From: the human T2T-CHM13v2.0 reference genome, Homo sapiens
Reading direction: 5' to 3' (one strand)
Length of the DNA stretch: 64,000 bases
Assembly: GCF_009914755.1 (NCBI RefSeq)
Contig: NC_060926.1
Shown: positions 54,788 to 64,000 of the stretch, piece by piece
Position numbering within the stretch: the stretch's first letter is position 1
How the letters are laid out: the number at the start of each line of letters is the position of its first letter
Notes under the pieces: generated by a model
Database searches by the model: none
Seen by the model: the letters and a program-made list of their open reading frames with translations, nothing else
Told to the model about the DNA's origin: nothing
Position numbers and translations under genes: made by a program

Positions 54788-55560
54788 ATTGTGGTTAAGA
54801 TAACACTAGATGCTGTAATTGATGTCTAATACTGTCATAGATAAATCTAATACGTGTAATGTCTTAATAGAAGTTTATTTCTTGCTTAGTCCAATGTGAG
54901 TGTTTGGCCAAGTGCCCTCCATGTGGAAATTCAAGGACCCAGTCTCCTGTCTGGTGGCACTGTTATCCCCCAGGGCCTCAGAGTTATTTCCTTCTCTCTG
55001 GCAGAGAGGAAACAGGGAAGGAGTGTGGGAGAGACAAAGCTGTATTCACCAGATCCCATATCTTATTCCTTATTCCTGGAAAATGATACTTCTCTGTCCT
55101 TTATGTGGTGTTACTAGGATCAGTTCTGGCCACTGAGATGTGAGCAGAATAATGTGTGTCACTTTTAGACAGAGGCAGTGAAAAGTCCACAAGTGTTTCA
55201 ATTCCCTAGTCTCCATTTTGCATGGTGAATATAAACGCCTCACGTTGAGAACACAGAGCCACATGATTGAAGCAGATTGAATCCCTGAGTTACCAGATGG
55301 AGGACAGCTGCCCTGGGGAAATGTCTGGAAGCACAGTGGACACTGCATTGGAAAGAAATAAGATTTTTTTGTGTTGAGAATTATTAGAATTTTGGAGTCG
55401 TTTGTTGCCACAGCATAGCCTAACCTCTTCTGACTCATGCAGGAAGACAGGCCTACTTCTTAACCACCTTGCCAAGCAGTGGCAAGTATCATGTTCACAC
55501 ACATTTTATTGGTAGGAACTAGTCCTGGGGCCCTTCTAGAGGTTGTTTTTGTCAGGCCAG
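54788..55560 (-). mobile_element. MLT1K/L-like LTR interrupted by another MLT1 LTR
   Basis: ATAGAAGTTTATTTCTTGCTT ... TTCAAGGACCCAG, resuming after 55441 with CACATTTTATTGGTAGGAACTAGTC. Confidence 0.55.
55024..55441 (+). mobile_element. MLT1I/J-type MaLR LTR
   Basis: AGTTCTGGCCACTGAGATGTGAGCAGAATAATGTGTGTCACTT ... TTTGTTGCCACAGCATAGCCTAACCTCTTCTGACTCATGCA. Confidence 0.75.
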
Positions 55561-55609
55561 CCTCTTCTGCACAGCTTCTCTACACTGTTAGATAGGATAT
55601 GGTGGTCCT

Positions 55610-55908
55610 TGGCTATGGGAATATCAGCTGTTGAAGGCCCACAGCTGGTTGGCTCACTGGGCATTGCCTGTGGCTAATGACTGGCTGATTCACAGACCCA
55701 GACCCTTTGCTTCAATTTAGGAAAATTCTGAAGGGCCATCACAGCTCCAGAACTATCTGAAGGATTGACAGAAAACTCAGTTGCAAATGCACAGTGTGTG
55801 GACTTCTCCCTCTACTGAATTCTGCCACCACTTCTTTATAGGTGTAGGTCAAATTTCTGCATCCAACTCTCGCTCTGACTCTTTTTCCAAGGAGCCTAAT
55901 TTAAGACA
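55610..55908 (+). mobile_element. LTR16-family (ERVL) LTR
   Basis: CCCTTTGCTTCAATTTAGGAAAATTCTGAAGGGCCATCACAGCTCCAGAACT ... TTCCAAGGAGCCTAATTTAAGACA. Confidence 0.7.
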
Positions 55909-56599
55909 ACTATGAAAGTAGAGAATACATCACTGGATAGCTAACTCTCTGTCATAGAAGAAAGTTAAATTTTTATGGAATTGCTATATAGTCTAGTCAT
56001 TTAATGTATACAGACATGGATGCATATGTGTATATATGCATTTTTATTTATACATAAATAAATATTTATTAGGAAGTTTATTTTGCTTAAGTATAAAGAA
56101 AAATTTTATTTCTAAGCCCCTGCTGCCTTCTGATGAGGGTGGGTCTTATCATTCCAGGGCTTGTGGTTTGTTGGGCTGCAGGTATGAGTAGGCATTTTTG
56201 GAGGGAGAGGCTGGACACAGCTGAATTGCTGTGTGTATATAAAGGGAAGAGGACTATGAAGGGTCAGTTTGAAAATTCAGGAGGCAGCATCAGGGGCCAG
56301 CAGTGGGGTCCTGTGTGAAGATAAGGGAGGAAAAGGGATCTCGGTGGCAGCGCGATACTGATGAGTGTGGGAAGAAGAGAAGTGCTTCATGGGACTCCCA
56401 AGTAATTTTCTACATAATACATATGACATAAAACACCTTGACTAGTTCCCCAAGGCTCTTGGGAGGGTCTGTGTTGGAGACTCTCTTGGGACAACTTTGA
56501 GAGGATAAGAGTAGGAGATGAAATCATCCTGTCCTCACACACATCCAAATAAAAAGCAAACAATTGCACAGAACATTTTCTGAGCGCTGGTCTAGCATA

Positions 56600-59500
56600 C
56601 CACATCAATTCCATCTTTAAAAACCCATCTTAAACAATGCTGCCACAAACATCCTAGTGGATAAAACTTTGAGCATATATATGATTAATCAATTAGGGAA
56701 AAAATTCCAGAGGAGGAATTGATGATGAAATCTAGTGAAGATTTTTAAGACTTTTGATGCTTCTGTGTAATTATGGTCCCATAGTTTATGCCAGTTTATT
56801 GTTGAAGTGATTGATCACTTGAAATGTAATATTGCAAACATTTTACCTTCTTTTGTCCTATCTTTTAAAATAACACACATACATATTTTGATGCACAAAG
56901 ATTTGAAGTTTTACGGAGTAGCACAACATTTGCTTTGTAAATTTGGCGTTGCCATTCACTTGAAAAAGGCATTCTTCATTCTGATGCATTGACTTTTGGA
57001 CTATATTGAATTCATTTTACACTTCATGAAGTCATTGGTAGTTTTCCTGCTTTTAGTATTTGGCACTCAGTATTTTTGCATTACTTTTGTAAGTGGAAAT
57101 ATTTTCATGAGAGACAATATCCAGTTAGTCAATTGTTATAACATCATTTAAAATATTTTCTATTATTTCTCTGTTTATCTGAGGTGCCATTGTTGTCATA
57201 TGCTAAACGTTTAGAGATATTAGGGCTTACCTCAAGGCTACATTGGTATATCAGTTGTGTATTAATTTTATATTACAATTTTGAATTATAATAATAAAGT
57301 ATACTATTGCAAAAATTATAATTATAGTTATACATTATAAACAATTATATGGGAATATTAACAGGTAAAAAATTAAACTTTTTGATAAAGAAGAATGATA
57401 TATCAACCTTTTATTAAAATCTTGTATCATTCTCCACTGTAAAACATTATCGTTTTCTTAATATAGGTCTTCCATTTTTAAAAACTTGGTCTGAGCAATT
57501 TTTTGTGTATTTGTGAATGGAGACATTTCCAATCATACTCTCTAATTAGTTATTTCTAGTATATAAAAAAGCTCTCATGTATGTATAGGGGAGGTGTGTT
57601 TTGAAGTTAGCCACCTTACTAAATTTTCTTGTTTATTTTATTTGTTTTTGAGTTGACTCTATAATTTCCTAGGTTGGCAATCTTATCATTAATAACTAAT
57701 CATAATTTTTATCTTATTTCCACTATTTATACCTCACTTTTTCCTATAGTTTTATTAAACTGGCTAGAACAATTGGAAGATATTTCCCAATGATAGTGCA
57801 TATATACTGTGTGTGTCCCTATGTATACATAGGTGTATATTTGTATTTCTGATACCATACCAAATCCTTGCAGCTTATTGCTATTAGATACAATGTTAAG
57901 GAAATATCCTTTATTAGTATTGCAGGAAGATTATTATTGTTTTAAAAATTAATAATAATGAATTTGATTAACTTTCATGGGTCTTGAAAGAAAGCCTTGG
58001 CATTGTGCACCCCATTTTGTACGTGTGTGGACATTTCTCAGGGAAGAGAAATTATAGTTGACGTTTTCAACAAGATCTCTCTCTTCCACAATGTCATACT
58101 GCTTCAATTGGACAGTTTTTCTTACTATTAATGCAATATTTTCCATATTTTGATTTTTCTAATGTGAAAATCTTTTGTGTTCCTGAACTAGCTTTGTTAC
58201 TGCACATTTTCTTGCAATATATTAGTGAATTTGATTTGCTGGTATTTTATTTAGGATTTTTGGATCTTTATCGTGAGTGAAATTTATCTGCATTTTTTAT
58301 TTTGGATCACTATTTTTGTCTCATATTGGTATCAAGATTACTCATGAAAATAGCTATTATGTTTTAGTGTTGATCATATTTGAAAAAAATAAGATTTCTC
58401 TTTACTTTGGAGTGTTAAAAGCACCAACTTGGAAGTACTATATTAAAAGTACCAACTTATATAAACTCTCTGGATTGGGCATTTATGTCCATTGTGGACA
58501 TAAATTTTAAATTATTTGTATTTTATGAAAATTAAATATTTGATCAGTTTGGATACATATACATGTGTCAATTTTAGTTATTATTTATTTCCTAGAGACT
58601 TTACTTTTGTCATATTTGAAAATTTATAAGCATAAGTTTGTCTGTAGTATATCCTGATAGTTGATAAAAAAGCCATCAGAATTTATAATTAAACTTCTAT
58701 TTTTGTACCTGTTTAGGAATATGTGTGCTTTTATTTTTTAACTTGTTTTTGCCAGACGCATTATAATTTTATTAAGTTTGTTAGCATTTTTGAATAATCA
58801 ATTATTGGATTTATTTGTCTATTGTTTTCTAATTTACTTTTATATTTCTTATTATTTCATCATACTTTTCTAGAATTTTTGTTATGCTATGAATTCTGTA
58901 CCTAAAATTTCATACATTTATATTTACTAGTTCTTTTTCCTTTAAAAGTATTCATGGTTTTGCTTTTTCTCAATATTGCTTTGGCCTTATCTCAAAAGTT
59001 TTGATATGTAATATTTTTGATGTTGCTATTTTTACCTTTTTAAAAATTATATTTTAGAATATCTCAAAGGATATAACATGCCTTTTGCTGGAAATTTTTA
59101 AAATACAAGCTGACGAAAAGAAGAAAATGAAAACCACTTGTATGCAGTTGTATTACTGTCATGATTTCACACATATTTAATAACTGCAGTTTATATTTTT
59201 CTTTGATATGAAATTTAAATATTTTAAAATATTTCTATTTAAAAATTTGTTTCTTTGCTAGTTTTATTACAACGACAACAGAGAATGTGACTTTATTTTT
59301 TCTTTATTTTTATTTTCTGCTGACTGCAGCCTCAGCTGAAAGAGTGTGACTTTTTGCTTCATTCTGTTGGAAATTTAGTGAATTTTGTTTTGTGGTCCAT
59401 AAATGATTAAATTTTATAAATGTTCAAGGATGATATGAAAGAGAATGAATTCTGCCTGTTTAGTACAAAATTTAATTTTTATATATTTAATTCAGTGTTA

Positions 59501-60100
59501 CTAATTACATCTTCCAGATTATTTTTCATTTACCACATCAGGCAATGACAGTGCATTCATGTCATGGAATACCTTTATTTGTCCTTTTCTCTTTATGTTA
59601 CATAAGTGGTAGGTAGTGATTAATATGTCTTAATAAAAATGTATGTGATGCTTACAGGCTTAAGGGAATGATGTCTCCTTTGATAACTAACATTTATAAA
59701 AAATTATTTGCCTCTTGTAAATTTTTTATAATTCAGCTTTCTTTGATATAAATATTGCAATTCCTGATTTCCCGTTATTGCACCTGTTACGTCTATCTTT
59801 TTCTATCCTGTTGCTTACCCGCAGTAAAAACTCTGTATTTGATGCATTTTTTCCTGAAGATATATTGTTTGAATTTGGTTTTTGCCTAGTAAAGACTTTT
59901 TATCTTTAATAGACAAGTAAATTGATTTATATTGATTATTGTGATGTTCAGTTTTACTTAAGTCACCTTGTGCTGTTTTGTGTATGTGCAGATGTGTGCT
60001 TGCTTGATAAATCCTTCTGCTTATTTTGCAATATTGCATATTGTTTTTGTCATTTTTATTTTTGTCACTATTCTGAAGGCATTTATTGTTTTATATTCTA
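56600..60100 (-). mobile_element. Highly decayed ancient L1M (L1ME-like)
   Basis: T-rich tract with L1-like antisense pieces (TAGCCACCTTACTAAATT, TTTGATTTGCTGGTATTTTATTTAGGATTTTTG, GGCCTTATCTCAAAAGTTTTGATATGTA). Boundaries approximate. Confidence 0.65.
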
Positions 60101-60159
60101 CTAGATTTTCTATTTTTAATTTTTAAAAATATTATTTACTGTGTAAAGCTGCAGTTATA

Positions 60160-60640
<481 letters not shown>

Positions 60641-60646
60641 CTTATT

Positions 60647-60955
<309 letters not shown>

Positions 60956-62390
60956 GCCTTATTGTTTTATTCTAATTTTTAGAGTAAAGGCAAAGTGGTA
61001 TATTTTGAATTTTCTCTGTTCAGGACTACACCTGTAAATACTTTCAACGAATTGTGTCTGTAAAAAGGTGATCAGCTGTAAGTCCGCCTAGCTAGCCCTC
61101 TTTCATCTCTTTGATTATGACTTATCTATTTGCTTCCATCTCTTCTTCAAGAATAGAAAAAATCTCTATACTAATCTGACTTTCTTTCAACGTTCTTTGC
61201 ACCCTGGAATAGCTTCTCTAACGTGATCTATCACCAATTTGATACCTACCTTGTCAGTTCTCTTCTTTATTGCATTAATCTGGTTTCGATTTTGGCGTGT
61301 GTTTTTAGTTTCCTTGTTAGTCTTTTTATATCATCTCTCTCTCTCTCTCTTTCACTCTATGTTATGGAATCATGTTGTTTATTTATCTTAACCTGTCCTC
61401 TCCTGACCGTCCAGTGCTCCTGGTTGACAGAGGCCTATTTTCCTGCATTCTCTTAAGGATGTGTCTTGACATTTTCTTCCAGTTGCTGTCACATGTCATT
61501 TTCAGCCAGTGTTCTTCCTCTGGATGCTCTTCTCCCTTGTACTTTAGGTTTGTATTTGTTTTGTATTTTTCTGTTTTACTGATGCTATTTCTCCATTTCT
61601 TATGTAATCATGCTGAAAGATGGAGTAATCCACCCAGACGTGCTTGCTCACCATGTAGACTTTTCCTGGCTTCAGTCAGCCCCTTTTTGATAATCAGCTC
61701 CTTCTGAGGCCCACAGTGGAAGGCTGGTGGAAACACGATGCTCCTACTTCAAGTCCACTTTCAGCTGCCGTTCCTCTGACAGCCCTGTGCGGCTCTCAAG
61801 GTGCCACCTCCTACCTGCTATGTGGGTTCTTAAGAAATCTGCGTTGTCAGAGAACAAAAAGCCTGAACGACTTTAGGGGATTCTGTGCTTTCTGCCTCTT
61901 GCCTACAGTGCTGACCTCCAGGAACCATATGTCCTAAGAGAAAACACAAGGTCACATGACTGCCCTGGCAGTCAGGGCTTTTTGCTTTTGCAATTATTTC
62001 CTGGGACTCGATTTCTCTGAATGGACCTAGACAAATGGTCAGGAGGGAACAGAAAATCTGAATTCTGTCCTCCTCAGAAAGGACCGGGAAGCAACACCTG
62101 TCTGTGTTAGGATCCCCATAACTTTGATATCTGGCACCAACATAAACTCTTGGCCTTCAATCACAAATGAATCCCCAGCACTGTAAGGAGAGACTGATAC
62201 CAGAAAGACAGGAGAAAGTGGCCTTGAGGAGGACAAGGGAGGCTTTTCTGGTGGAACCAACAAGCCACGCAAGACTGGAAGTTTTATCAGACTCTTTTCA
62301 TCCCACACATCCATTTTTCAAATCTTGATTCTAGGTCGTTCATCTTTGTTCATTTCTGTTTCTTTTGCTGGGCTATCTTAATAGCGTCCT

Positions 62391-62771
<381 letters not shown>

Positions 62772-62919
62772 CTAAAAATTTTAGATTATTTGGATAATCT
62801 AAAGCATTTATATATTCTCTTATAACATTCTTCAATAACCCCCCTTCCCCATACCAAACGGCTGAGAAGGGTATACAAGGTCTATCGTCTATCATTACAT
62901 GGTTCCACCCTGATTTTCT

Positions 62920-63237
62920 TTTTTTTTCTTTTTTTTTTTTTTGAGATAGAGTCTCTCTCTGTCATCCAGGCTGGAGTGCAATGGTGTGATCTTGGCTCAC
63001 TGTTGACCTCCATCTCCTGAGTTCAAGCTATTCTCCTGCCTCAGCCTCCCAAGTAGTTGGGATTACAGGTTATATGCCACCATGCCCGGCTAATTTTTGT
63101 AGTTTTAGTAGAGACGGGATTTCACCATGTTGGCCAGGCTGGTCTCAAACTCCTGACCTCAGGTGATCCACCCGCCTGGGCCTCCCAAAGTGCTGGGATT
63201 ACAGGCGTGGGATTACAGGATTATACGGCACCTGGCC
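62920..63237 (-). mobile_element. AluS, antisense, with local GGGATTACAGG duplication
   Basis: Poly(T) then antisense dimer; TSD CACCCTGATTTTCT (62906-62919) / CGCCCCGATTTTCT (63238-63251). Confidence 0.94.
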
Positions 63238-64000
63238 CGCCCCGATTTTCTATTCTTATGTCTTCCGAATGTTATATAATTATTTAGAGATTAGAAGTAG
63301 ATGACTTACCAGAAAATGTACTGCTAAATAAATGAAAAAGAAACATGTTACAAGCAATTTGAAAATTTTGCATACGGGCAGTTTTTTAACAACTTTTAAG
63401 CACTTTCAAGCTTTTATCTGTAAAACTTTTCATCAGGTTTTTTTTTTTAATGTTTTCTATGCATGTACCTGGTCAGTTTACAATATTTATACTTAATTTT
63501 ATATTTTCAGTCTTCTGCAAATACTTCTTTAGTCCATATTAAAACAATCGTGCCAATTTTAATTTCAAGTGATTCAATTATATTTTGAATGTTGTCTCTA
63601 ACTTTACATAAACTCTCTGAAAACAAATAAGCCCTAAAATAAATATTTCAAACTCTTAATTCACATATTGATAACGACTATGCATTATAGGTTGTTGTCG
63701 TTTTTTTTTTTTTTTACAGATTTAATTAGTTTGCATTTATTTTTAAATTCCTCATAATAAATAATACCTAATTTTTCTACTTGGTCATATTTTTACTTCA
63801 AAAAATACCATAGCATTGATATAACACTTTACATGAAGAATATATAGGAATACTTACAACCCGGATAAAAGAATAGTTAATATTTTCTATTTGTTAGTAT
63901 TTGAGAAAATATTTTAAAATTTCAAAAAATATTAGAAAATTAAACAAAGTGGAAAAATTATCACTAGGATTTATTCTGAAATAAAACACTTTTTATTTAA

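Overview
AT-rich, CpG-depleted primate (human/ape-like) intergenic or intronic DNA. I found no credible cellular protein-coding exon, rRNA, tRNA or CRISPR array. All recognisable ORFs are retroelement remnants. Main landmarks: a Tigger3-type DNA transposon; a 5'-truncated L1PA stacked on an older L1 3' end at one target site; a 35-nt U2 snRNA pseudogene fragment; a near full-length minus-strand HERV-L provirus with MLT2A1-type LTRs nested in an older MLT1 LTR; a full-length THE1D-type MaLR; many MLT1, MIR, L2, MER and Alu copies; and repeat-poor blocks that may be enhancers. I see no evidence of a new multi-gene system. The most unusual signal is a ~200-bp composite templated insertion (28492-28691) inside an MLT1 LTR, built from two nearby donor segments (one inverted, one direct) joined at microhomologies. 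Subfamily names come from recalled consensus sequences and need RepeatMasker/Dfam confirmation.
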